Positions 10,525 through 20,963 of a stretch of DNA of 64,000 nucleotides are shown here, piece by piece. Position 1 is the first letter of the stretch. Each line of letters opens with the position of its first letter. A model generated the notes under the pieces. The model saw only the letters and a program-made list of their open reading frames with translations. It searched no databases and was not told the DNA's origin. The position numbers were made by a program, and so were the translations under genes. The DNA lies in contig CAVXEP010000019.1 in the NCBI GenBank assembly GCA_963760795.1, positions 224,001-288,000 of the forward strand. The letters run 5' to 3'. The stretch comes from an uncultured delta proteobacterium (lineage in GTDB: Bacteria; Desulfobacterota; Binatia; UBA9968).

Positions 10525-11037
10525 TTACGGTCGCTTGGGCAGGTTTTTCATCATGTCGTTCATGTTGATGTCAGGCATGCCAGGCATGGAGATGTCGCCC
10601 GGCTTCTGGCCCGGCTTGCAAGCGCCCAGCCATTTGGCTTCCATCGTCGATGCAGACTCTTTCATGCCGTGCAGCGGCGGCTCGTAGGTCGATTTGATGT
10701 CGGCCTTATAACTAGAGTCGAATTGACCGGTGAAAACGCCCCTGGTCGTCGCCGTGCTGCCGCTCATCTTGCACACCGATTCGGTGATAAGTTTGGTGCC
10801 TTCGCGGCGGAATTCGTTCTTGGAGCAGGATTGTTTTTCCGTTCCGGCCATATTGTTTTTCATCATGTCGTCGGATTTTTCGTCGACGCATTGTTGCATG
10901 GTCTGGCTGCCCTTGGCGCTGTTGCTCGACACGGTTATTTCCCATAGGCCGGATTTGCGTTTGGGCATGTCGGAGGTGGCAGCGACAGCGCCACCCGCAG
11001 TAGCGAGTAGCGTGACAATCAAAGCGAGAGTTCTCAT
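10525..11037 (-). CDS. DUF3617-like secreted protein
   Basis: Signal peptide, MPKRKSGLWEIT, QCVD, and AKWLGACKPGQKPGD. Confidence 0.8.
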   Translation of the reverse strand: MRTLALIVTLLATAGGAVAATSDMPKRKSGLWEITVSSNSAKGSQTMQQCVDEKSDDMMKNNMAGTEKQSCSKNEFRREGTKLITESVCKMSGSTATTRGVFTGQFDSSYKADIKSTYEPPLHGMKESASTMEAKWLGACKPGQKPGDISMPGMPDINMNDMMKNLPKRP

Positions 11038-11116
11038 AGCGGTCTCCTAACGTTAATTTGGCGAATTATAGCGGTGTATTGAAACATGCTCGCCGACCGA
11101 CAAGGTGAATGGGTGG

Positions 11117-12097
11117 CTAGATCGCCGCCGGCTGGTCCAGCTCAAAACCGAGATCGCGGATCATCTGGTGCGCGTCGGTGGCGTCTTGGCCGGGCGTGGT
11201 CAAGTAGCCGTTGACAAACATCGAGTTGGCTGGATAGAGGCTTAGCGGCTGCAGCGAGCGCAAGTTTACTTCGCGGCCGCCGGCGACGCGGATCTCTTTG
11301 GTCGGATTGACGAAGCGGAACAGGCACAGCGTCTTCAAGCAGCGCTGCGGCGTCAATTCGCGTTTCTCCTCGAAGGGCGTCTTGGGAATTGAATGCAAAA
11401 AATTTACCGGGATCGAGTCGATGCCCATGGCACGCAGCGTCATCGCCAGGTTGATGATGTCGTCGTCGCTTTCGCCCATGCCGATGATGCCGCCGGAGCA
11501 GGTGCCGATGCCGGCGCTCTTGACGCTCTCAATCGTCGCCACCCGATCGTCGAAGGAATGGGTGGTGACGATGTCGGCGTGGTGTTCGCGGCTGGTATTT
11601 AAATTATGATTGACCCGGCCGACGCCGGCGGCGGCGAGCTTCCGGGTCTTGTCGTCATTCATCAAGCCCAGCGAGCAGCAGACGTTCATGCCGGTCTGGG
11701 CGCGAATCTCGCGCACCGCCGCGGTGATGTCGTCGATTTCTTTGTTGGTCGGGCCGCGGCCGCTGTTGACGATGCAAAAGCGTACGGCGCCGGCTGCTTT
11801 GGCCTGGCGCGCGCTTTCGACCAGCTTGTCCTTGGACATGAAAGTGTACTTGTCGACGGGGGCTTCGGAGACCGAGGACTGCGAACAGTAGTGGCAGTCT
11901 TCCGGGCACAGGCCGCTCTTGGCGTTCTGCAAGACATGGATCTGCACGCGCTTGCCGTAGTAGTGGTGGCGCACTTTGAAGGCGGCGCTCAAGATTTCCG
12001 GTAGCTGTTCGTCCGGTGCGTTCAATACTTCACGCAGTTCCTCCCGCTCGGGTAGAATGCCTTGCAATGCTTTGTCCGCCAGTCGCTGAAAATCCAT
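11117..12097 (-). CDS. bioB: Biotin synthase (radical SAM)
   Basis: NAKSGLCPEDCHYCSQS, NHNLNTS, CSGGIIGMGE, SIPVNFL, IRVAGGRE, GYLTT; SD GGAGGA before the ATG at 12097. Confidence 0.96.
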   Translation of the reverse strand: MDFQRLADKALQGILPEREELREVLNAPDEQLPEILSAAFKVRHHYYGKRVQIHVLQNAKSGLCPEDCHYCSQSSVSEAPVDKYTFMSKDKLVESARQAKAAGAVRFCIVNSGRGPTNKEIDDITAAVREIRAQTGMNVCCSLGLMNDDKTRKLAAAGVGRVNHNLNTSREHHADIVTTHSFDDRVATIESVKSAGIGTCSGGIIGMGESDDDIINLAMTLRAMGIDSIPVNFLHSIPKTPFEEKRELTPQRCLKTLCLFRFVNPTKEIRVAGGREVNLRSLQPLSLYPANSMFVNGYLTTPGQDATDAHQMIRDLGFELDQPAAI

Positions 12098-12322
12098 GCC
12101 GTCCTCCAAAACTAGCAAGTTTCTAGCATGCGAGGTGTAGCCATGCAATCTGCGGGTGGCTGGAAGGTAGTAATACTTCTGTAGATTTCGCTACTTAGGT
12201 GCGATCTTCAGCGTGCGGTTAAAAGACCCGGCAGTTAACCACATGCTCGTCAGTTTGCGCGGTAAGCCATTGATCGGCATCCGTTCGATTCAAAAGCATA
12301 GCTGACAACTATGCGAATTTTT

Positions 12323-12745
12323 TTATAAGTCGGTCATCACCTGGTGATAGTGGCCGAGAACGAATATGAACCCGGCCAAGACGAAGTGAAAAATGATTGG
12401 AATGACGTCGCCGAACCAGCGCATCTCGGGATGGAGAATCATGGTCAGAGCATAGCGCAGGATCATCAGTCCGGCATAGGCGCCGGCAAATTTTATCAGG
12501 AATTCCGCCCAGTGGGGGCGCACGACGGCGAAGGTGCCGGTGCCGCGCCAGACTTCACCGGTGATTTTCACCATCAGCATCAACATGAGAAGTTGGATGA
12601 TCAACAGTGAGGAGTAGGGAATCACGCCGGAAAACCATTGCTTCATAGCCGGTAGCCAGGAAATGCCGACAAAGGCGACCAGCGCTTGTCCCAAGACCCG
12701 GCACGCGAACAAAAACGTTATTAGGGCTAGGAGCGGTCCGTGCAT
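12323..12745 (-). CDS. Hypothetical membrane protein (~4 TM)
   Basis: Hydrophobic 140-aa ORF with W.SG.IPY and IPIIFHFVLA, starting 7 nt after the GH3 stop. Confidence 0.7.
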   Translation of the reverse strand: MHGPLLALITFLFACRVLGQALVAFVGISWLPAMKQWFSGVIPYSSLLIIQLLMLMLMVKITGEVWRGTGTFAVVRPHWAEFLIKFAGAYAGLMILRYALTMILHPEMRWFGDVIPIIFHFVLAGFIFVLGHYHQVMTDL

Positions 12746-12752
12746 TCTCTTG

Positions 12753-14437
12753 CTACTTGCACCCGTGCGTTGAGGCCCCGCTGAGTTCAATCACGCGTGT
12801 AATTTCGTCGGTTGCTTGCGGTGTCGTGCTGAGCAGTTGGGCTTTGAACTGAGTGTCGCGAGCGCCGCGGTGGAGTGCGGCGCTCGCCTGACGTTCGTAC
12901 CAGCCGGGCGGCATCAGGCAAAGCACCGGCGGCTTGAGACGCTGGGATGCGCGTTTCTGAGCGTATTCGATATTGAGCTGGGCAAGGTTTTGATCCAGCG
13001 CGGCGAGCAATTGCCTGAGCGCGTCGTCGCTTGGATTCGCGCCGTCGAATTCGATTGGGAATGAGTAGCGCGATTCTTCCGCGTCGGCGATTCCGCGGTA
13101 GTGTCGCGGCGTGATACCGGCGAGCGCTTGCGCCAGTTCCATCGCCTGGATGACCTGATTGACGTGGAGTTTCTCGCCGGTGATGTTGGTGAAATCGCGG
13201 CCTTTGCGGACAAATTCGAGCAGCGGGGTTTGCCGAAAGAATCCCGCGACGCGCACCACATCGTTGATATCGTAGCGGTACAAACCGCCTGGCGTGGTGA
13301 GGATGAGATAATAACTCTCGCCGGTTTTCAATTCCGCGCAGGTCAGCGTTGCCGGTTGTGGACTGTCGATTTCCGCTTCGGGAATGAACTCGTAAAAATT
13401 GCCGTTCAAATCAGGGATGCCGGCGAACCCGGAGTCGGATATCGGCAAGGTCATCTGCGCCTCGCTCGCCATATAGCCTAAATCGCGCACCGGCATGGAC
13501 TCGCCGAACCAGCGGTGCAGTTCATTCAAGCGCACACCGACCGTGCCGCCTTTCCAGCAACCGATCAATTGCAGTTGTGGCCAGTAATCCATGGGACGCA
13601 GGGCGCCGTATTGGTTCGCCAGCCGTTCGAGCTCGAGCCGCGCGGGCGGGATTTTTCTCGAGTTGCGCTGCGAGCTTTTGCCGCACCGCGCCGGGAATAT
13701 GCCAGCGCTCGCTGATGGTGCCGTCGCGAATGTCGCGGATGATTTCAGATTTATTATTGTCGGCGATTTCGACCAGGCGCAGAATCGTGCTCGGATTGGG
13801 CGTGCCGAGAAACGAGATTGGCTGCGCCAACGCCAACACGCATGATCAGGTAGTACTTGGCGGCGAAGTCTTTCACTTCGGCGACCTCGTAGGGTAGGGC
13901 GAAGGCGTTCTGAATCCAGCGTGGACTGCTCTGATAAATCAAGCCTGAGGCGGCGCCGTAGGGAATATTGCCGGCGGTTTTCCCTTCTTGGGCGGAACTG
14001 ACGACGCCGAGCATTTTGCCGTCGAACAAGCCGGGATGATCGAGGTTGGCGCGGTAGTACCAAAGGCGCGTAAGTCGACGGTGGTTGGCGCGGCTGTTCT
14101 CGGTCACCGGGATCAGCTTGGGTGCGCCGGTGCTGCCGCTGGTCAGCGTGAACATCTCGACTGGCGCTTCGGTCAAGACCTGAGCTTCGCCATTCTCGGC
14201 ACGCTCGACATAGGGGCGAAGCCGTTCATAGTCGCCAATGGCGACCCGCTCGCGGTAGTCCGCCAAGCTGCGAATCGCCGCGAAGCCATGATCCTTGCCA
14301 AAGGCGGTTCCGCGGTTGCGCTGAATGATGTCGAGCAATAGCCGGTTTTGCACCGTTGCCGGAACGGCGGACAATTTTTCCCAGCTGCTCCAAAGACGGC
14401 CGGTGACGAAGGCCGCTGCTTTGACGATCACGCTCAT
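12753..14437 (-). CDS. GH3 auxin-responsive-promoter family acyl-adenylate ligase, frameshifted twice
   Basis: GH3 motifs FTLTSGSTGAPKLIP, GYMASE, LYRYDINDVV, TGEKL are spread over ORFs 13754-14437, 13522-13839 and 12753-14063; shifts at about 13840 and 13640. Confidence 0.87.
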
Positions 14438-14441
14438 GGGT

Positions 14442-16308
14442 TTAACGCCGCAATTCGATTTTCTCGACGGTGAGTCGTTCGAGGGCTTCTTCCTTGACGG
14501 TGACGCTCAAGCCGCGGCTTTTCAGCAGTGGCGCGCGGCCGCCGAGGCCGAAGGCGACGTTGTCGAACGTGATGTCTTCCGACAACAGCCAGGTGCCGAA
14601 GGATCCTTCAGCACCGGCTAACTCGGGCACATGGGCCGCGAAAGTTCGGCCGGCGGCCGATAGGATGCCGGTCTCGCCGACCTGAGCGCCCACTTGGATT
14701 TTGATGCCGGCTTCCTGCGCAAGTTTAGCAATCGCCAGACTGCCGGTGATGCCGCCGTTTTTTGACAGACGAATGTTAAATAGATCGCAGGCTTTTTCTG
14801 CGATCAAGCGGCGCGCCTGCTCGACGGTGACCAGCGATTCGTCGGCCATGACCGGGATGGCGCACTGGGCGCGCACTTGTTTCATGCCATCGATATCGTC
14901 AGCCGCCACTGGCTGTTCGATTACGGCGAGTTTAAACAGCGCCAGCTGCTTCAAATGTTCAACTGCTTGCGCCGCGTTCCAAGCGCCGTTGGCGTCGGCG
15001 CGCAGTTCAACTTTGCTGCCCACCGCTTGACGCACCGCGTTCAGGCGCGCGGCGTCATCTGGCGTGCCGACTTTGATCTTGATCTGTTTGAGGCCCAATT
15101 GCGCCATGCGCTTGGCCAACGCCGCGGCGTCCTTCGGCGCATCGGCGGAGATCACGCCGCTGTAGACGACCTCGAAACGCGCCGGCGGAAGATAGTCCGC
15201 CAAAGCGCTATGATCCGTGCGCAGGTTCCAGTCGAGCAGCGCCAACTCGACGGCGCAAAACGCCGCATTCCAGGCAGTGACGCCATTGTTTGATTGCGGA
15301 AGTCCGCGTCCAGTCCGGCTGCAGCGACTGCAACTGCTCGATGGTCTGCCAGCCGGGGAAAAACGTTTGTTGAAAGATCCTTGGCGCAAGGAAATCGCGG
15401 ATCCGCGCGATCATCGATTCAGTGGTCTCGCCGGTGACGTAGACGCGCGGTAACCCTTCGCCAAAGCCGCTACGGCTGTCGCTGCCGGTGATTTTTACAA
15501 TTACGGCGTCGCTTTCGTCGCGGCTATGCAGCGCGTGGCTAAAGGCTTGGTGAAACGGAATGCGCAGGCGATAGATGGTGAGCGCGTCGACGCGCTGGGG
15601 CCCGACTGCTTTGCTGCGGGTTTTTAGCTTCGAGCTCGGCGGAAAATAATGGCGGCAGAAAAGCTGGTCGCCGAGAGTGAAGCCAGCGATCTGGTCGAAT
15701 AGCGAGTCGGAGATCTGATGAAACTCGCTGTAGTCTTGGATCACCGTGATCGCTTCTTCGGCGTGGCGGATATCGACTTCGGAATGAAGCTCGAACCAGC
15801 GTAGGGCGGCGCCCGCAATGGCATAGTTATCACACAGCGCGTTGGCCAGTTCGCTGGAGCAGCGCGACAGCATGAACTCGAAGCTCATGGTTTCGAGCAG
15901 CACCGACAGGCAGAGCTCGCGCAACGTCGCCACCGGCACGCGGGTGGCGCAAACCAGCGCGACGCGCCGGCGCGCGTCGGCGATCAGCTGATCGATTTCA
16001 TCGTTAGCGAAGCCGATGGCGCGAGCCATTTCCAAGAGCAGCTGGGAGTGGGGCGGCTCATGTTCCGACCGGCCCATTTCTTCGAGCAGGTTCTCTTTCA
16101 ACATCTCCGCGGCCGACGACGGCAGCGCGGCGAAACAAAGCGCGACGATATGCGATGACAGATAATGGGTGCGAAAGATATTGCGCAAAAACTCGTAGGC
16201 GGTCAGCATGCCCGCGGCGCCGCCGACGAGGTCGCGATATTCGCGGGCTTGCGTGAAATCGTTGGTGGCTTGCTCGAAGTATTTAACGATCTGTTGCGCG
16301 GCGACCAT
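14442..16308 (-). CDS. Fusion of heme-oxygenase-like diiron oxidase (HDO/CADD-like) and enolase-superfamily (muconate cycloisomerase-like) enzyme; one frameshift near 15300
   Basis: N-terminal ENLLEEMG..PPH, LLE...FE, WFELHSEVDIRH. Same frame continues into the enolase capping domain (LRIPFHQAFSHA, GFGEGLPRVYVTGET). Barrel motifs KIKVG, ADANGAW, IEQP, MADES follow the shift. SD GGAGGT precedes the ATG at 16308. Confidence 0.82.
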
Positions 16309-16356
16309 GGTCACCTCCGATGCTGGTTGGGCAGCGGTTGAAGCTCGATGGCCATT

Positions 16357-19300
16357 CTAAGCGATTGCTTTTTCCAAGGCCATCGCTTTGACTCTTTTCA
16401 GATCGGCTTTGCCTGAGCCGAGGATGGGAATCTCGTCGATGGCGTGGAGATCTTCGCGCTTGGGAACCCACAGCTTGGGCAATGCGGATTTGTTGAGCTG
16501 GTCCCATAGCTCCTCGCGGCTGACGCCGTTCTTGGCGTAGAAAACCACCAGCCGCTCACCGCGCTGTTCGTCCGGGATCGCAGTCACCACCGATGCCGGG
16601 CTGCCGAGTAAGTCGTTGATCATCTCTTCGATCTTCATGTGCGGCACCATCTCGCCGCCGATCTTGCTGAAGCGCGACAAGCGGTCGGTGATGGCGATGA
16701 AGCCGTCCTCATCGATGGTCGCGATATCGCCAGTGACATACCAGCCTTGGCGCATCGCTTGATCGGTTAGGTTCTGCTGATTCAAGTAGCCGAGCATGAC
16801 GTTAGGTCCTTTGACGAGCAGCAGCCCTTCTTCGCCTGGGCCGAGGGTCTCGCCGCCATCGGGATCGATCACCTTGGTCGCGACGCCTGGGAGCGGATGG
16901 CCGACCGTGCCGGGCTTGTGGCCGGTCTGTTTTTCCTTGTCGTGGACAACATCGGGTGTGTTGACCGCGACCACGGGGGAGAGCTCCGTGCAGCCGTAGC
17001 CTTCGAGGAGGGTGATGCCGAATTTATCCTGATAACCCTTGGCGATCTGTGCGCGCAGCTTTTCCGCGCCGGAGATGACGTAGCGCAGCGAGGCGAACTG
17101 TTCCTTGGTGCAGCGGCGCCAGTAGCTGACGTAGAAGGTCGGCGTGCTGATCAATAATGACGCGCGGTATTTCTCGACGGTCTCACCAATAGTCTTGGCG
17201 TCGGTGGGATTGGGGTGATAGACCGCGCCGAAGCCGGTCAGCAGCGGCAACCAGATGGTCGCGGTGAAGCCGAAGGAGTGAAATAGCGGCAAGATGCCCA
17301 TGATACGATCCTGCGGCGTGAATTGAATCACCTGGCCGATCGCCTCGACGTTGGAAATAATGTTGTGGTGCGACAGCATCACGCCTTTGGGCGTGCCGGT
17401 GCTGCCGCTGGAAAATATGATCGTGGCGAGATCGTTGGAGCGCTGTTGTTTGCGCGCGCGGCGGTTGAGCCAACGCGCCGGCGTAACATAGGCTTTGACC
17501 GCGATGGCGAGTTTTCGCGCGCCGGTAAACGTCTGGCGGATCTCTTCAACAAAAACCATGCCGTCCATTTTCTCAAGATTGGCTTTGTCCAAAAACGTTC
17601 GCGAGGTGACGATGGTGGTGATCTTACATTGGGCCAGCGCCGCGGCCGTGGATTCTTTGCCGCCGGTGAAGTTCAAATTTACCGGCACTTTGCCCGCTAG
17701 CAGGGTGGCGATATTGACCAGCGCGCCGCCGACGCTGGCTGGCAGGATCACGCCAATCATCGACTGGCCGGCGCAATGGCTCCTCAGCCAGCGGCAAAAA
17801 AGCAGGCTGCCGATGAGCGCCTTGCCATAGGTGAGCTCTGTGCCGGTGGTGTCGGCCATGCAGAACCTCGACCAGTGGCGCTTGGCCATCTCGACGAACT
17901 TGGCGTGGAGCAGATCGCCGGGAAGCCGACGGTACTCCACCGCCTCGCTTTCCAGCTCTAAGATCGCGTTGCGCACCTGCACCACGGAGGAGGTTGGCGG
18001 CAGCGGCGCGCCAAACGACACCGTGACCGAGTAGGGGAATTGCATCGGCCACTTCCAAAAGAACTTACCGTCTTTGAAACTAAAGATGCTGCCCCAGAGC
18101 TGGTCCAAGTGCACCGGCACGATCGGAATATCCGAGCCCTCGACGATTTTCTCGAAGCCGCGCTTGAACGGCAGCAGCCGGCCGGTACGGCTGATCGCGC
18201 CCTCAGCGAAGATACACACCACATGGCCGTTTTCGAGTTCGTTTCTCGCCCGCTTGAGCGACTGGACGATGTCGCGCCGATTGTTCGCCGACACCGGGAT
18301 CGCATGCATGAGGCGGAAAAACCAGTTGAGCGATTTGAGATCGTAATACTCCCGATGCAGCATGAAGCGGACGAAGCGCGGCTGCGGCGCGCCGACCAAG
18401 AGCGCATCGACGAAGGAGACATGGTTGCAGACCAAGAGCGCCGGCCCCTGGAGCGGGATATTTTGTCCACCGACCACCCGGATGCGATAAAGCGTATTGG
18501 TCAACAGCCAGACGACGAAGCGGACGAAATAATCGGGCAGCAGGTACAAGATCGCCAGCGTGCCGGCGAGGGTAAACAGTCCGATCAGCAAGATGATGGT
18601 GTCGGGGGATAGTTGGAGCGGCGTTTTCAAGAACCAATGTAGCGCCGCTGCCAGGGCGATGCCGATGGTGTTCAGGAAATTATTGGTCGCGATCAATTGG
18701 CCCTTTTCCTCTTTGCCGCTACGTTGTTGCAATAGCGCGTTGAGCGGCACGGCGAACAGGCCGGCGGCAAAGCCGAGCAGCATCAAGGCCAGTGCAGTGT
18801 GCGGATAGGACGGTGCCGCCCAGGCGACCAGGGCAAGGCAAATGCCCATGCCCACCGAGCCGAGGGGTACCAAGCCCAATTCGATATGGTCGCCGGAGAG
18901 TTTGCCGGCGGCGAGACTGCCGATGCCGATGCCGATCGCCAAGAAAGTCCCCAATAGGCCGATGTGAAACTCATCGAGCTGCAACAGCTCCTTGCCGAAA
19001 AAAAGAATATTGATATTGACCAGCGCGCCGAGAAACCAAAAGTAAGAGATGCCGAGGACGGTAAACCACAGCGCCCGTTCGCGTCGCAGCCGGCGCAGGC
19101 CATCGGTAATTTCGCCGAAGGGGTTCAAGTTGAGCAGCTTGGTCGACCCCGAAGCCGGCACCCTGGCGATGCGCAGGCTGGTAAGATAACCGGCGATGGC
19201 GATGGCGATCATGATCAGGCCGATGCGCGGCAACTGGTTTTTCCAAACCGAGAAGATCGCGCTGCCCACCGACGTCCCCAGAATGATCGCCATGAAGGTG

Positions 19301-19749
19301 CTCATCTCCAACAAGCCGTTGCCGCGCGACAGTTCTTTATCCGGCAGCATTTCCGGCAAGATGCCGTACTTGGCGGGGCTGAAGAAGGCCGAGTGCAGGC
19401 CCATCAAGAAAACCGCCGCGAGCATGGGCCGGATGTCCGCGAAGTAGAATGACACCAGGACGAAAATCATGATGGCGATTTCGGCCGCTTTCACCGCCAC
19501 CAGGATTGTCCGCTTGCTATAGACGTCGGCGAGATGGCCGGCATAACCGGAAAACAGCGCCGACGGCAGGATAAATAGGATGGCGATCAGTTCGACGTAG
19601 AAATCGCCGCCGTGCCCGGCCAAGCTCAGGGCGACGAACGAGACCACGATTTTTAAGAAATTGTCATTGAATGCACCTAAGAACTGGGTGCAGAAGAAGG
19701 CAAGGAATCCCGGCTGTTTGAGCGTGACGGTGTAGTTGCCGTTATTCAT
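16357..19749 (-). CDS. aas: Acyl-[ACP]--phospholipid O-acyltransferase / acyl-ACP synthetase with N-terminal LplT-like MFS domain
   Basis: TQFLGAFNDN (MFS), NHVSFVD and FAEGAISRTG (PlsC), FSSGSTGTPKG and EGYGCTE (adenylation); 1130 aa. Confidence 0.93.
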   Translation of the reverse strand: MNNGNYTVTLKQPGFLAFFCTQFLGAFNDNFLKIVVSFVALSLAGHGGDFYVELIAILFILPSALFSGYAGHLADVYSKRTILVAVKAAEIAIMIFVLVSFYFADIRPMLAAVFLMGLHSAFFSPAKYGILPEMLPDKELSRGNGLLEMSTFMAIILGTSVGSAIFSVWKNQLPRIGLIMIAIAIAGYLTSLRIARVPASGSTKLLNLNPFGEITDGLRRLRRERALWFTVLGISYFWFLGALVNINILFFGKELLQLDEFHIGLLGTFLAIGIGIGSLAAGKLSGDHIELGLVPLGSVGMGICLALVAWAAPSYPHTALALMLLGFAAGLFAVPLNALLQQRSGKEEKGQLIATNNFLNTIGIALAAALHWFLKTPLQLSPDTIILLIGLFTLAGTLAILYLLPDYFVRFVVWLLTNTLYRIRVVGGQNIPLQGPALLVCNHVSFVDALLVGAPQPRFVRFMLHREYYDLKSLNWFFRLMHAIPVSANNRRDIVQSLKRARNELENGHVVCIFAEGAISRTGRLLPFKRGFEKIVEGSDIPIVPVHLDQLWGSIFSFKDGKFFWKWPMQFPYSVTVSFGAPLPPTSSVVQVRNAILELESEAVEYRRLPGDLLHAKFVEMAKRHWSRFCMADTTGTELTYGKALIGSLLFCRWLRSHCAGQSMIGVILPASVGGALVNIATLLAGKVPVNLNFTGGKESTAAALAQCKITTIVTSRTFLDKANLEKMDGMVFVEEIRQTFTGARKLAIAVKAYVTPARWLNRRARKQQRSNDLATIIFSSGSTGTPKGVMLSHHNIISNVEAIGQVIQFTPQDRIMGILPLFHSFGFTATIWLPLLTGFGAVYHPNPTDAKTIGETVEKYRASLLISTPTFYVSYWRRCTKEQFASLRYVISGAEKLRAQIAKGYQDKFGITLLEGYGCTELSPVVAVNTPDVVHDKEKQTGHKPGTVGHPLPGVATKVIDPDGGETLGPGEEGLLLVKGPNVMLGYLNQQNLTDQAMRQGWYVTGDIATIDEDGFIAITDRLSRFSKIGGEMVPHMKIEEMINDLLGSPASVVTAIPDEQRGERLVVFYAKNGVSREELWDQLNKSALPKLWVPKREDLHAIDEIPILGSGKADLKRVKAMALEKAIA

Positions 19750-19760
19750 TGTTGCTGGCT

Positions 19761-19789
19761 AATTTACTCGGCTCCGCGCGGTTCGGCAA
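19761..19789 (-). promoter_or_regulatory. Putative sigma70 promoter of the aas operon
   Basis: TTGCCG-N17-TAAATT, ending 11 nt before the aas ATG. Confidence 0.5.
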
Positions 19790-19844
19790 GGTCGAAGCCA
19801 CGCCAATCCCGTCTATTCGGTTGCGCCTTGGTACAACCAGGCGC

Positions 19845-19873
19845 TTGCGTAAACGTGATGAAATTCACATAAT
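19845..19873 (+). promoter_or_regulatory. Putative sigma70 promoter of pgeF (leaderless spacing)
   Basis: TTGCGT-N17-CATAAT-N6-ATG, no SD. Confidence 0.55.
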
Positions 19874-19879
19874 CTGCCC

Positions 19880-20653
19880 ATGGAATTGACTCATTTAACA
19901 GTCCCGCAGTGGCAGAAGTACGACGGTTTGCTGCATGGCTTCACGGGCCGGCGCGGCGGCAGGAGCGTCGGACGCTATGCCGGGCTCAACGTTTCCTACC
20001 GCGTCGGCGACGATAACAAAGTGGTCAGCCAAAACGTTTGCGATGTGAAGCTGGCGATGGGTATCCACGACGGCAAGATCGTTACCATGCAACAGGTCCA
20101 TGGCGATAACCTCATCGAGGTCACGGACAAACAGACGAAAGAAGCCGGCGCAGCCGACTCCATGGTGACCGCCGAGAACGGCGTCTTTCTCGGTGTGCTC
20201 ACGGCGGACTGCGTGCCGCTGTTGTTCATTGCACCGAAACAACGGCTGGCCGCGGCGGTCCACGCGGGCTGGCGCGGCACGCTCGCGGGGATTGCCTCGA
20301 AGACCGTCGACTATTTTATGAGCCGCTACAATGTCGGAGCAGGCGACTTGGAAGTGGCGCTCGGTCCGTCCATCGGCGTGTGCTGCTATGAGGTCAACGA
20401 CGACGTCGCGACACCGCTGATGAAAAAATGGGGCGCGTTGACGACGCCGAGCATCGCAATGAAAGACGGCAAGCCCCATATCAATTTGAGCAGGCTCAAT
20501 CGCGATATACTGCGCGCCGCCGGCGTGCCCGGCACGCAACTCTTTCAAATCGGCCCCTGCACCGGCTGCGCCGCCGATGATTTTTTTTCTTACCGCCGCG
20601 AAGGGGGGGAGACCGGCCGGCAGATCGGTGTGGTCGGTTGGCAGGCGACTTAA
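19880..20653 (+). CDS. pgeF: Peptidoglycan editing factor PgeF / YfiH laccase-domain protein
   Basis: HGFTGRRGG, QVHG, LTADCVP, HAGWRG, GPSIGVCCYEV, FFSYRR. Confidence 0.93.
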   Translation: MELTHLTVPQWQKYDGLLHGFTGRRGGRSVGRYAGLNVSYRVGDDNKVVSQNVCDVKLAMGIHDGKIVTMQQVHGDNLIEVTDKQTKEAGAADSMVTAENGVFLGVLTADCVPLLFIAPKQRLAAAVHAGWRGTLAGIASKTVDYFMSRYNVGAGDLEVALGPSIGVCCYEVNDDVATPLMKKWGALTTPSIAMKDGKPHINLSRLNRDILRAAGVPGTQLFQIGPCTGCAADDFFSYRREGGETGRQIGVVGWQAT

Positions 20654-20963
20654 CGTCTTGGTCGTTATATCTTCCGCAATAGCAACAATATCGGGACTGT
20701 CCTGACGCGGGATACCGCCGTGACAAATCTATAAGCGAGGCGATGGAGGTTACGCCGACGGATCACTCGTGCGAGGTGAAATTTGCGAGAGCGTGGTTAT
20801 ATCAGCGGTGCCGAAAATCCAGAAGTCTTTGCGTGTTCCATCAATAACTCTCGTTGTCTCGGCTTGAGGGCCTTGGCGATCGCGCTTACCGGCCGGTTTC
20901 GGGGCGCCCCCTATACTGGATGCCCGGCTGGACTGCTCTCATCGTGCGCGACACCGTTTGCAG

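Noticed and set aside
12150-12320. BirA operator or riboswitch upstream of bioB
   Set aside because: AGTTAACC...AGTTTGCG is too poor a match to the TGTAAAC-N-GTTTACA palindrome, and no convincing aptamer is visible.
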